Made by a program: the position numbers and the translations under genes
Source of the DNA: a virus
Taxonomy: Duplodnaviria; Heunggongvirae; Uroviricota; Caudoviricetes
Direction: 5' to 3' (one strand)
DNA length: 37,524 nt
Virus record (IMG/VR): IMGVR_UViG_2718217884_000001
Coordinates: 1 to 37,524 of that record
Notes under the pieces: model-generated
What the model saw: the letters and a program-made list of their open reading frames with translations, nothing else
Told to the model about the DNA's origin: nothing
Databases searched by the model: none
Shown: positions 18,560 to 28,121 of the stretch, piece after piece
How the letters are laid out: every line of letters starts with the position of its first letter
Numbering within the stretch: position 1 is the first letter of the stretch

Positions 18560-18692
18560 CGGTGATCTGAATGCGGCGCTGGATGAAACAGAGGCCGCCT
18601 GGGCGGTCTGTGCTGACAAAGTCGACACGATAGTTGCGTGTCAGGAGCGAAACAGTGAACAAACCGCAGTCCCTGCGCAGCGCCCTGAATAA
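18402..18692 (+). CDS. o-spanin lipoprotein (Rz1/LysC-like), overlapping frame
   Basis: Signal peptide with lipobox LTLSGC, Pro-rich; starts inside i-spanin gene in another frame and extends past it. Confidence 0.6.
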   Translation: MKTRICAAGLTLLCLLTLSGCVNVRPLPEVQLTVNGCPRVTQCRLERSAPRSNGDLNAALDETEAAWAVCADKVDTIVACQERNSEQTAVPAQRPE

Positions 18693-19095
18693 AGCGGTGG
18701 CGTATGTCCGCAACAACCCGGATAAGCTGCACCTTTTCGTTGATAACGGCTCACTGGTGGCAACCGGTGCCAGCTCTATGTCATGGGAATACCGCTACAC
18801 CCTGAACGTTGTGATCGAGGATTTCAGCGGCGACCAGAATCTGCTGATGGCTCCCGTGTTGCTGTGGCTCAGCGAAAATCAGGCGGACGCCATCAACAAC
18901 CCGGAGCTGCGCGAAAAACTGTTCACCTTTGAAGTGGATATTCTGCGCAATGATGTGTGCGATATCAGCCTGAATCTGCAACTGACGGAGCGTGTACTGG
19001 TCAGCACTGACGGCGGTATCTCAACGGTTGAGGCGGAGCCAGAACCCGACGAGCCAGAAGAAATGTGGACGGTGAAACGTGGAAAATCTGCATAA
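18655..19095 (+). CDS. R: Tail completion protein R (P2 gpR)
   Basis: GTG start at 18655 with AGGAGCG RBS; ORF track start 18634 is TTG. Confidence 0.75.
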   Translation: MNKPQSLRSALNKAVAYVRNNPDKLHLFVDNGSLVATGASSMSWEYRYTLNVVIEDFSGDQNLLMAPVLLWLSENQADAINNPELREKLFTFEVDILRNDVCDISLNLQLTERVLVSTDGGISTVEAEPEPDEPEEMWTVKRGKSA

Positions 19096-19525
19096 AGTGG
19101 ATGAGTGGCTGACAGCGCTGCTGGCGAATCTGGAGCCGGCTGCGCGTCAGCACATGATGTGTGAACTGGCGCAGCAGCTGCGTCGAAATCAGCAGAACAA
19201 CATCCGCCTGCAGCGCAACCCCGACGGAACCGGCTACGAGCCGCGCCGGGTAACAGCCCGCAGCAAAAAGGGGCGCATCAAACGCCAGATGTTTGCAAAA
19301 CTTCGCACCACCAAATACCTGAAAGCTGCAGCGAGCGCGAACTCTGCGAGCGTGCAGTTTGTGGGACAAGTGCAGCGTATCGCTCGGGTACACCATTACG
19401 GCTTACGTGATCGTGTTAGCCGCAATGGACCATTAGTAATTTATAGAGAACGAAGGTTACTTGGATTCAATGAGAATAATGATTGCATTAAAAATATATT
19501 AATTATGTCTTTATTTAATACATAA
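19079..19525 (+). CDS. S: Tail completion protein S (P2 gpS)
   Basis: 148 aa, GTG start overlapping R; last codons are AT-rich. Confidence 0.75.
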   Translation: MENLHKVDEWLTALLANLEPAARQHMMCELAQQLRRNQQNNIRLQRNPDGTGYEPRRVTARSKKGRIKRQMFAKLRTTKYLKAAASANSASVQFVGQVQRIARVHHYGLRDRVSRNGPLVIYRERRLLGFNENNDCIKNILIMSLFNT

Positions 19526-19529
19526 TGTA

Positions 19530-19575
19530 TCGTGGTAAAAAATAGTAAAGCCAAATGGCTGGCTAATTGCCAGCC
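19530..19575 (-). terminator. Terminator hairpin between convergent S and ATPase cassette
   Basis: GGCTGGC-TAATT-GCCAGCC (19557..19575) followed on minus strand by T-rich tract. Confidence 0.5.
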
Positions 19576-19581
19576 ATAACT

Positions 19582-20439
19582 CTATGAAATTAGTGATATT
19601 TTTTGATTGTAGTAATCATAATCCGCATGTTCTTCAGTAAAGAATAATTCAAAAGCCGTTAGCATATTTGAATAAAAACTATCTTTTGATATTGCAGTTT
19701 TTCTCTCATTTTTAGCTAAGTAATTGGTTATGAATCTTAATGATGCTGAGAATAGAAAGTGCCCCTTTATCCAATGCGTTATGCAAGTGTTGGCAGGAAA
19801 TTGAATGTTGTTTTTTTCTGCTAACCCTACATTTCTGAAATCATCAGGAAGGGTTTGAATATAAGCATTTATCTTATCTTGACATGTTTTGTAAGAGTTT
19901 TTTGATTGCATAAATCTATCGCATGAATCACCTACTACGGAATAGCCACGCTGATTTAAATGATTGTAAATATCTAAGGCAATTAGGTCTTCAATATTGT
20001 TATAAAACTCTAATAGCCAGGAGTTTATATTTATTCCTTGGATTTCTTTGGCACTGTATCTTCCCATGTGTTTTAACACACGGGATAGGACTTTCTCATC
20101 GACTATAGTATTTTCAATTGAGTAACCTTTTGTATAGATGATGTTTGTATGATTTACTAAGTTGGATGAAAAATGATTCAGATCTGCATCGCGGGCAACA
20201 ATTGCGTTTATTTGTCCTGATGTGATTCGCTCAATATAAGGTTCTAATGCTTCACACCCTCCAACTTCTTGCACTTCAACACTTAGTCGACCATTTTTTT
20301 TGAAAACTATTTCCCAAAATCCAATATCATCCTCACCTTCAACATATACCATGATATCAGCATCATAAAACATGCTGATAACATTTTCCGCCTCGTCAGA
20401 CCAATTAAAGTTATCTGTTCGAATCTCATTATTGGACAT
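19582..20439 (-). CDS. TOPRIM/DUF4435-like protein (PARIS AriB-like candidate effector)
   Basis: ATG 20439 overlaps the last codons of upstream ATPase gene; conserved acidic motifs VYVEGEDD and IVARDAD spaced as in TOPRIM folds; AT-rich. Confidence 0.5.
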   Translation of the reverse strand: MSNNEIRTDNFNWSDEAENVISMFYDADIMVYVEGEDDIGFWEIVFKKNGRLSVEVQEVGGCEALEPYIERITSGQINAIVARDADLNHFSSNLVNHTNIIYTKGYSIENTIVDEKVLSRVLKHMGRYSAKEIQGININSWLLEFYNNIEDLIALDIYNHLNQRGYSVVGDSCDRFMQSKNSYKTCQDKINAYIQTLPDDFRNVGLAEKNNIQFPANTCITHWIKGHFLFSASLRFITNYLAKNERKTAISKDSFYSNMLTAFELFFTEEHADYDYYNQKISLIS

Positions 20440-21682
20440 TGACAAGTTTCTCCATGTTAAAAATTGCACTCCTGTATTTTGAAGCTACTTCTGGAGAATG
20501 TGTGGCAGCTATTACTTGTGCATTGGGATTGAGTTTTTTGATTGCTGGGATAATGTTTCTTTGCCATTGAATATGTAGGGAGAGTTCAGGCTCATCTGTT
20601 AGGAAAATATATTGTTTTTCTCTTTGTAATAGGGTTTCTATGAATAAAATAAGTAATTGCTTCTCACCTGAAGATAAATTTTCCTGAATTATTGGTCCGT
20701 AAGTATTCTTTATGGAAAGTATTCCGCCTTGAAAGTCAAATTCCTTATCAGTAATAAATTCTTTTAAAATACTTAAAAATTGTTCAATGGGAGCGAAAAC
20801 TAAAGATGTTTTTTCTTTAGATTTTAAAGACATTCTAATTATTTTTTGTGTCTTTCTTAGCGCTTCAATTGAGCGGATGTCAAAACCATCTTTTTTATTT
20901 TGTTTTAATTCTGCAATGGTGTGATCAATAGTGTCAACATGGAAATTTATTTTCCGACGGACATTCATATCAATAGCGTTTAGTTGTGTGTACGCACTTA
21001 AAAGGTTTTGTTTTTCTTCCTCCTTGTTAAATTGAATGTTGTACGCCTTATCATCAATATCATCTTTACTATATAGAATAGATGCTAAAACTTCTTTTTG
21101 AAGTTCTAATGCAATATCTCTCGCTCGTTGAGATAATTCAAGTTGATATTTTGTTAATTCCTGCATTAATTCTGATAGTTTATAATCGACAGGGTTGATA
21201 AAGCGAGAGCCGTATTTGTCTCTAACCTCAAAGTCGTCACTATTCCTTAGTCTATAGACGGATAAAGATGAGAGTGAAACCAGTTTTGCTAATTCTGCTC
21301 TTAACTCCTCAGTCTCTTCTTGTGCTCTGCGTCTATAACTGAGGGAGATTCTTCTGTCATCGGCGTTGAATAGTCGGATGGTATGTTTTTTTGATGAAAG
21401 TTGATACTCTATTTTAGAGAACGGTGATGTATCACTCTCGATTTTCTTAATTTTTATTGTCTTAGTTTTCTTTTTGTCCTTTAGTTTTATTTCGGCACTA
21501 TTGAAATCATTGTTGTTAATGCCATCAAGGTCAATTGATAAAATTGAATGCAAAATATTCATAAAAGTTGTTTTGCCGGTTCCATTCCTTCCAATGATGA
21601 TGTTTACATCATCATTAAAAGAGCAAAGAGCATTTAATCTTTGCCAAAAACCATTGATAGCGATGCTTTGTATTTTATACAT
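20429..21682 (-). CDS. ABC-type ATPase (AAA_15/OLD-N-like; PARIS AriA-like candidate sensor)
   Basis: Walker A GRNGTGKTT, ABC signature LSSGEKQ, Walker B IFLTDEPELSLH, H-loop ATHSP; AAGGAG RBS 7 nt before ATG 21682; AT-rich. Confidence 0.6.
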   Translation of the reverse strand: MYKIQSIAINGFWQRLNALCSFNDDVNIIIGRNGTGKTTFMNILHSILSIDLDGINNNDFNSAEIKLKDKKKTKTIKIKKIESDTSPFSKIEYQLSSKKHTIRLFNADDRRISLSYRRRAQEETEELRAELAKLVSLSSLSVYRLRNSDDFEVRDKYGSRFINPVDYKLSELMQELTKYQLELSQRARDIALELQKEVLASILYSKDDIDDKAYNIQFNKEEEKQNLLSAYTQLNAIDMNVRRKINFHVDTIDHTIAELKQNKKDGFDIRSIEALRKTQKIIRMSLKSKEKTSLVFAPIEQFLSILKEFITDKEFDFQGGILSIKNTYGPIIQENLSSGEKQLLILFIETLLQREKQYIFLTDEPELSLHIQWQRNIIPAIKKLNPNAQVIAATHSPEVASKYRSAIFNMEKLVNVQ

Positions 21683-21725
21683 CAACTTACTCCTTGTTTT
21701 GGTTGAGTCGAACTTATCAACTGTT

Positions 21726-21743
21726 TGTACCAGCTATAACACA
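21726..21743 (+). promoter_or_regulatory. Candidate Ogr-dependent late promoter element upstream of V
   Basis: TGTACCAGCTATAACACA fits TGT-N12-ACA; spacing to V start is shorter than ideal. Confidence 0.35.
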
Positions 21744-21790
21744 ATTATGCTGGTTCGTACGAATCATTTCAAATGTTCAATATAGGCAGT

Positions 21791-22369
21791 ATGAACACAC
21801 AACTTACCGAAATCATGCGCCTTATCACCAATCTGATCCGTACCGGCACTGTGACCGAAGTGGACCGGAAAAAGTGGCTGTGTCGGGTGAAAGTGGGCGA
21901 GCTTGAAACTAACTGGATTAACTGGCTGACGCTGCGCGCCGGTGGTGCCCGTACATGGTGGTGTCCGTCGCCGGATGAGCAGGTGGTGTTGCTGAGCATG
22001 GGCGGCAATCTGGAAACCGCTTTTGTGCTGCCCGCTATCTACTCCAATCAGTTTCCGCCACCGTCGGATTCCGTGGACGGCTGCGTGACGGAGTACCCGG
22101 ACGGGGGATGGTTTGAGTATGAACCCGCCACCGGACGGTGGCATGTCAGGGGCATCAAATCCATGGTGATCGAGGCATCAGACAGTGTCACCTACAAAAC
22201 CGGTGAGTTTGTGGTGGAGGCTGACACCACGCGCATTAACAGCGAGGTGGTGATCAATGGCGGCGTCACCCAGGGCGGCGGCGCAATGAGTTCTAACGGG
22301 ATCGTAGTTGATGACCATGAGCATACTGGCGTTCTGAAAGGCGGCGACAACACGGGGGGACCGGTATGA
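21791..22369 (+). CDS. V: Baseplate spike/assembly protein V (P2 gpV)
   Basis: Starts MNT... like P2 V; alternative ATG at 21773. Confidence 0.8.
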   Translation: MNTQLTEIMRLITNLIRTGTVTEVDRKKWLCRVKVGELETNWINWLTLRAGGARTWWCPSPDEQVVLLSMGGNLETAFVLPAIYSNQFPPPSDSVDGCVTEYPDGGWFEYEPATGRWHVRGIKSMVIEASDSVTYKTGEFVVEADTTRINSEVVINGGVTQGGGAMSSNGIVVDDHEHTGVLKGGDNTGGPV

Positions 22370-22725
22370 CGTTGTATATCGGTATGAGCAGGAATGACGG
22401 GCAGACCATTGCAGATACAGACCATCTGCGCCAGTCGGTGCGGGATATTCTGCTGACGCCGCAGGGCAGTCGTCTTGCGCGTCGGGAATATGGTTCCCTG
22501 CTGTCTGCCCTGATAGACCAGCCGCAGACCCCGGCGCTGCGCCTGCAGATTATGTCTGCGGTCTATGTGGCGCTGAACCGTTGGGAGCCGCGCCTTACGC
22601 TGGACTCCATCACCATCAACGGCAATTTTGATGGCTCTATGGTGGTTGAACTTACCGGACACGGCAATAACGGCGCACCGGTTTCCCTTTCCGTATCAAC
22701 AGGAGCAGACAATGGCAGTCATTGA
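22366..22725 (+). CDS. W: Baseplate protein W (P2 gpW)
   Basis: 119 aa, overlaps V stop. Confidence 0.8.
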   Translation: MTLYIGMSRNDGQTIADTDHLRQSVRDILLTPQGSRLARREYGSLLSALIDQPQTPALRLQIMSAVYVALNRWEPRLTLDSITINGNFDGSMVVELTGHGNNGAPVSLSVSTGADNGSH

Positions 22726-23620
22726 CCTTTCCCGGCTACCGCCGCCGCAGATTGTGGATGTGCCGGACTTTGAGGCATTGCTGGCAGAACGCAAGGCCGC
22801 CTTTGTGGCCCTCCATCCGGCTGATGAACAGGAGGCTGTTATGCGCACGTTAGCGCTGGAGTCAGAACCTGTCACCAAACTGCTGCAGGAAAATACTTAC
22901 CGCGAAATCCTGCTGCGTCAGCGAATTAATGAGGCTGCGCAGGCGGTCATGGTGGCCTATTCCATGGGAAATGACCTTGAACAACTGGCAGGTAACTGCA
23001 ACGTGAAGCGCCTGACGGTAGTCCCTGCAGATAATGACTCGGTGCCGCCGGTCGCCGCAGTGATGGAAAGTGATGAAGCATTACGCCAGCGCATTCCTGC
23101 AGCATTTGAGGGGCTGTCCGTTGCAGGGCCGACGGGAGCCTATGAGTTCCACGCCAGAAGTGCCGACGGGCGGGTGGCTGATGCCAGCGCAACCAGTCCG
23201 GCACCGGCAGAGGTGGTGCTTACCGTGCTGAGCCGTGAGGGGGACGGTACGGCAGGGGCTGACCTGCTGGCGGTGGTTGAGCAGGCGCTTAACAGTGAAA
23301 AAGTTCGCCCGGTGGCAGACCGCCTGACGGTGCGCAGCGCAGAAATTATTCCGTACAGCGTGGACGCAACGATCTTCCTTTATCCGGGGCCGGAGGCTGA
23401 GCCGGTGATGGCAGAAGCAAAAGCCAGTCTGCAGAAATACATCGCCAGTCAGACGCGGCTGGGACGCGATATCCGCCGCAGCGCCATTTATGCCGCGTTG
23501 CATGTGGAGGGCGTCCAGCGTGTGGAGCTGGCGTCCCCGCAGGGTGATGTGGTGCTGGATAAGACGCAGGCGGCATCCTGTACTGAATGGAGCATCATCA
23601 ACGGGGGCACGGATGAATAG
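22712..23620 (+). CDS. J: Baseplate protein J (P2 gpJ)
   Basis: ATG 22712 after AGGAG; 302 aa. Confidence 0.85.
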   Translation: MAVIDLSRLPPPQIVDVPDFEALLAERKAAFVALHPADEQEAVMRTLALESEPVTKLLQENTYREILLRQRINEAAQAVMVAYSMGNDLEQLAGNCNVKRLTVVPADNDSVPPVAAVMESDEALRQRIPAAFEGLSVAGPTGAYEFHARSADGRVADASATSPAPAEVVLTVLSREGDGTAGADLLAVVEQALNSEKVRPVADRLTVRSAEIIPYSVDATIFLYPGPEAEPVMAEAKASLQKYIASQTRLGRDIRRSAIYAALHVEGVQRVELASPQGDVVLDKTQAASCTEWSIINGGTDE

Positions 23621-24218
23621 CCTGTTGCCGCCGGGTTCGTCGCCGCTTGAGCGCCGACTGGCGCAGACCTGCAGCGGGATTTCCGATCTGCAGGTATCGC
23701 TGCGTGATTTGTGGAATCCGTCAATCTGCCCGGTCAGATTCCTGCCTTATCTGGCCTGGGCGTTTTCTGTTGACCGCTGGGATGAGAGCTGGACAGAAAG
23801 CGTCAAGCGCCGCGTTGTGCAGGACGCTTTTTATATCCATCAGCACAAGGGGACAACCAGCGCCGTGCGGCGCGTGGTGGAGCCGTTCGGCTTTCTGATC
23901 CGCATCATTGAGTGGTGGCAGACTGGCGAAATACCAGGGACGTTCCGTCTGGATATTGGCGTGCAGGACCAGGGCATAACAGAAGAAACCTATCTGGAGC
24001 TGGAGCGCCTGATCGGTGACGCCAAACCGTGCAGCCGTCACCTGGTTGGTATGTCCATCAACCTGCAGACAGGTGGCCCGTATTTTGTGGGCGCAGCCAC
24101 CTACACCGGCGAAGAAATCACGATCTACCCGTATATCAACGAAACCATTATTTCCGGCGGCACCGCTTATGAGGGCGGGGCGGTCCATGTTATTGACACG
24201 ATGAGAGTGAACCCATGA
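23613..24218 (+). CDS. I: Baseplate/tail protein I (P2 gpI)
   Basis: ATG 23613 overlapping J stop. Confidence 0.8.
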   Translation: MNSLLPPGSSPLERRLAQTCSGISDLQVSLRDLWNPSICPVRFLPYLAWAFSVDRWDESWTESVKRRVVQDAFYIHQHKGTTSAVRRVVEPFGFLIRIIEWWQTGEIPGTFRLDIGVQDQGITEETYLELERLIGDAKPCSRHLVGMSINLQTGGPYFVGAATYTGEEITIYPYINETIISGGTAYEGGAVHVIDTMRVNP

Positions 24219-25203
24219 GCGCAAAATTTTACACCCTGCTGACGGATATCGGCGCGGCGAAACTGGTAAGCGCCGCCGCGCTCGGTGTCCCACTAAAAAT
24301 TACCCATATGGCGGTGGGCAGCGGTGGTGGTATGCTGCCCACACCCAACGCGCAACAGACCGCGTTAGTGGCTGAGGAACGCCGCGCAGCGCTGAATATG
24401 CTGTATATCGACCCACAGAACAGCAGCCAGATTATTGCTGAGCAGGTGATCCCGGAAAATGAGGGCGGGTGGTGGATTCGTGAAGTCGGCCTGTTTGATG
24501 AAACAGGTGCGCTAATTGCTGTGGGAAACTGCCCGGAGAGCTACAAGCCGAAGCTGGCGGAGGGCAGCGGACGCACGCAGACCGTGCGAATGGTACTGAT
24601 TACCAGCAGCACGGATAACATCACCCTGAAAATTGACCCCGCTGTGGTTCTGGCAACCCGCAAATATGTGGATGATAAGGTGCTGGAACTTAAGGTGTAT
24701 GTGGATGACCTGATGGCAAAGCATCTTGCTGCGGTTGATCCTCATTCGCAATATGCACCAAAAGACAGTCCGACTCTGACAGGCATGCCTAAAACGCCAA
24801 CGCCACCGGCAGGAAACAACAGCACCCTGATTGCCAGTACAGCCTTTGTACAGGCCGCTATTCTTGCCCTGATAGGTGGCGCACCGGCAATGCTGGATAC
24901 GCTGAAAGAAATTGCGGCAGCTATCAATAATGACCCGAATTTCAGTACCACCATTAACAATGCGCTGGCACTGAAAGCACCACTGGCAAGCCCAGCCCTG
25001 ACCGGAACGCCAACGGCTCCGACTGCGGCGCAGACTGTGAACAATACGCAGATTGCCACTACAGCATTTGTGAAGGCAGCTATTGCCGGGCTGGTTGGTT
25101 CATCGCCGGAGGCGCTGGACACACTGAATGAACTGGCAGCTGCGCTGGGGAATGATCCTAACTTTGCGACAACAGTGATGAACGCGCTGGCGGGGAAACA
25201 GCC

Positions 25204-26542
25204 CATAAGCGCTAACTTAAGGGTTGAACCATCTGAAGAATGCGACGCCTCGGTGCCTCGTTAAGACGATGCCTCGCGTTCTTCAATTGCGTTTTGTAGG
25301 CTGTCAGGGATACTGTCCCACGAATGGCCACCTGTAAGCTCCAGATGACCATTTTTGTTATTCTCCACAACGAGTTAGTTCTTCTTTTCGGATCCGGCAC
25401 TTCTGGGGGGGAAATCCAGCGATGGCTGGATTATGTCGTCAATTAAAAATGCGGCGAGTAGATTAGCAAATATCCACGCTTTCGCGAGTTCAGGTTCCTT
25501 TGCACGCAAAGCATCCAGGTGCAGCAAACTTTTGAGCCGCTTAAAAGCCAGTTCAATTTGCCATCGCAGACGGTAACAATCAGCCACTTGCTCTGCTGAA
25601 TATTCATCTTCCGGTAATGATGTTAGCAATAGCACATGGCCCGCTGCTTCCAGCGTTTCCGCCTGAACTACTCGTCCTTTTCGACGATTCTCGCTGAGCA
25701 GTCGGGTTTTACTGATTAATGCTTTTTCGGGAGGAAGTGATACGGCAATGAGACGTGCCGGAAAGGGAGCTCCGGCTTTTTTATTACCTGAATTGCCTAT
25801 CATTACAGTGGTTTCACCGTTCTTACCGCAATCCAGCCCGCGCAGAAAACCCATCATGTCAAAGCGCATTCCTTCTGCAGTTAACCAGCGCAATCCTCGC
25901 CAGTGAACCCGGACGATATAATCAGCTTCTCCAAAAGCAAGTGAGCGGATACATTCGGGACGCGAACCGAATCCCCGGTCAGCAATGCGTATCTCGTCTG
26001 CCGTTTGCGCAAATCGGTCCAGCCGTTCAGCGTCTCTGCTGTCGGTTAGCTCAAAATCAGTGAACTGACAGGTATGAGGATCATATCCCATATGTAGTCG
26101 CCATTCAGCGCTGCCGCCCCCGGGCGCACTGATTGCTGTTCCATCGACAAGACGCAATCTCTTTCCGCTTGTACAACCCGTAACTGCGGCGCGTACAGCA
26201 AGTGTTTGTGCGGCAAGTATGCCAAACCAGTCGGCGGCATTCCGCAGCCGCTTCAGGAGAGCCACGTCAGATAATGTTGCAACGTCATGGAGCTGAGCCC
26301 ATGCAGTGACTTCACGTAATGACATCCCCCCGGGGCCGTAAGCCAGCCCCAGACGTAGCAGAGTTGCAGCATCACGAATTTCGCGGCGGCGGGTTAGAGC
26401 CCCGGCATTACGTGCCGAAGTATCCAGTTCTTCGGGCTTACCAATATGGGCCAGAATTGCTGACCAGTTATCGTGAGAGTAATTCATCGGCACGTTAAAT
26501 CATATCAGGCGTAATACCACAACCCTTAAGTTAGCGCTTATG
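25204..26542 (-). mobile_element. IS186 (IS4 family) insertion
   Basis: Inverted repeats CATAAGCGCTAACTTAAGGGTTG / CAACCCTTAAGTTAGCGCTTATG; direct repeat GGAAACAGCC at 25194..25203 and 26543..26552. Confidence 0.88.
25375..26493 (-). CDS. IS186 transposase (DDE, YREK motif)
   Basis: 372 aa; ...CYRLRWQIELAFKRLKSLL contains the IS4-family Y-R-E-K signature. Confidence 0.88.
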   Translation of the reverse strand: MPMNYSHDNWSAILAHIGKPEELDTSARNAGALTRRREIRDAATLLRLGLAYGPGGMSLREVTAWAQLHDVATLSDVALLKRLRNAADWFGILAAQTLAVRAAVTGCTSGKRLRLVDGTAISAPGGGSAEWRLHMGYDPHTCQFTDFELTDSRDAERLDRFAQTADEIRIADRGFGSRPECIRSLAFGEADYIVRVHWRGLRWLTAEGMRFDMMGFLRGLDCGKNGETTVMIGNSGNKKAGAPFPARLIAVSLPPEKALISKTRLLSENRRKGRVVQAETLEAAGHVLLLTSLPEDEYSAEQVADCYRLRWQIELAFKRLKSLLHLDALRAKEPELAKAWIFANLLAAFLIDDIIQPSLDFPPRSAGSEKKN

Positions 26543-26590
26543 GGAAACAGCCCCTCGATGCCACTTTGACTAACCTCAGCGGGAAAAGTG

Positions 26591-26616
26591 TTTCAGCCCT
26601 TCTACAATACCTTGGT
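26591..26616. promoter_or_regulatory. Hin/Gin-type recombination site (left crossover site of invertible tail-fibre segment)
   Basis: TTCTACAATACCTTGGTTTGGGAGAA; 12-bp half-sites around a central TT, resembles hix/gix; located in H at the constant/variable junction. Confidence 0.65.
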
Positions 26617-27083
26617 TTGGGAGAAGGCTCAGCGTTACCCGTTGGTGTACCTGTTCCGTGGTCTTCAGCCACTCCTCCAACAGGCTGGCTGAAATGCAAT
26701 GGTGCGCCTTTTTCTGCCGAAGAGTATCCGGAACTGGCAAAAGTTTATCCGACAAATGAATTGCCAGATTTACGTGGTGAGTTTATTCGTGGCTGGGATG
26801 ACGGGCGCGGTATTGACGCGGGGCGCGAAATTCTGTCTGCTCAGGGTGACGCCATTCGAAATATCGTTGGGCATATCTCATGCGTGCGTCGTGGGCCTGA
26901 AGGTTCAGACCGTGCCGATGGCGCGTTTAGATACGATAGCAACTGGTCTACAAAAATTAGATCGACTGATTTAGCAGACGACTGGGGGAGCGTAGTCTCA
27001 TTTGATGCCAGTCGCGTAGTTCCAACTGCACCAGAAAACCGTCCACGCAGTATCGCATTTAACTTCATCGTGAGGGCCGCATA

Positions 27084-27686
27084 ATGACACAGGCAAAATT
27101 AAACAGTGAATTTATTGCCACAGTAGCGGGTGATATGACCGTCTATAACTATGACAACACGACACGGGAATACATTTCATCATCAACAGAATATCTTGCC
27201 GTTGGCGTCGGTATCCCGGCATGTTCTTGTTTAGATGCACCAGTTACACATAAAGCTGGTTATGCAATCTGCCGTTCTGCAGATTTTAACTCATGGGAAT
27301 ATGTGCCAGACCATCGCGGTGAAATCATCTATAGCACCGAAACAGGAGAATCGAAAGAAATCACAGCTCTGGGTGATTACCCTGAAAATACAACCACTAT
27401 CGCCCCGTTAACGCCATATGATAAATGGGATGGTGAGAAATGGGTGACGGATACCGAGGCACAGCACGGCGCAGCAGTAGATGCAGCAGAAGCACAGCGC
27501 CAGTCGCTGATTGATACTGCAATGGCCTCCATCAGTCTGATTCAGCTGAAATTGCAGGCCGGACGTAAACTGACGCAGGCAGAAACAACCCGCCTTAACG
27601 CTGTGCTGGATTACATTGACGCGGTGACGGCAACAGATACCAGCACCGCGCCGGATGTCATCTGGCCTGAACTGCCGGAGGCGTAG
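27084..27686 (+). CDS. G: Tail fibre assembly chaperone (P2 gpG-like)
   Basis: 200 aa; C-terminal ...DYIDAVTATDTSTAPDVIWPELP typical of Tfa proteins. Confidence 0.8.
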   Translation: MTQAKLNSEFIATVAGDMTVYNYDNTTREYISSSTEYLAVGVGIPACSCLDAPVTHKAGYAICRSADFNSWEYVPDHRGEIIYSTETGESKEITALGDYPENTTTIAPLTPYDKWDGEKWVTDTEAQHGAAVDAAEAQRQSLIDTAMASISLIQLKLQAGRKLTQAETTRLNAVLDYIDAVTATDTSTAPDVIWPELPEA

Positions 27687-28110
27687 GCCATTCAATATCT
27701 GGCGCACCGGAAGTATCGACCAGCTCCAGTGCGTCCAGATAATCCAGCCACAAATTATATTGCGCCAGTTCATCATCTTTCAGACGACCAATAGCGGCTT
27801 TACCGGGCCATTGCTTACTGTTCATGTATTCGTTGGCCTGGTTAATTAGTAGCTGTCTTTCTGATTCAGTAATTTCAATAAGCTCTTCATGCGTGGGTGG
27901 AGGAATATCTGCCCACGCAGGCAGCCCATCATTTCCGGCAATACGGATTTTTCCTTGTGGCGGTTCAGCCATAAACTCACTGATAATATTTTGATTCACT
28001 TCCTTAGCATCTGATAAATCCCATCCCTCTGATTTATATTTATCAATCATATCCACAGGGAAAAAAGCATTATGCCTTGCGCTATAAACATATTCGTTCA
28101 TATAAATCAC
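27658..28110 (-). CDS. Alternative tail fibre assembly chaperone (inverted orientation)
   Basis: 150 aa; C-terminal ...DYLDALELVDTSGAPDIEWP parallels gpG; convergent with G. Confidence 0.75.
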   Translation of the reverse strand: MIYMNEYVYSARHNAFFPVDMIDKYKSEGWDLSDAKEVNQNIISEFMAEPPQGKIRIAGNDGLPAWADIPPPTHEELIEITESERQLLINQANEYMNSKQWPGKAAIGRLKDDELAQYNLWLDYLDALELVDTSGAPDIEWPTPPAVQAR

Positions 28111-28121
28111 CCTGAATAAAA

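Larger units (their letters stand above)
24215..27084 (+). pseudogene. H: Tail fibre protein H, interrupted by IS186 (N-part 24215..25203, C-part 26543..27084)
   Basis: N-part ends ...NALAGKQP at the IS boundary; reading resumes in frame after the IS as GKQPLDATLTNLSGK...; C-terminus ends NFIVRAA like P2 H. Confidence 0.85.

Noticed and set aside
19400-19525. Gene S truncated by the AT-rich insertion
   Set aside because: The AT-rich 3' codons raised suspicion, but the ORF length (148 aa) is that expected for gpS, so truncation cannot be supported without alignment.
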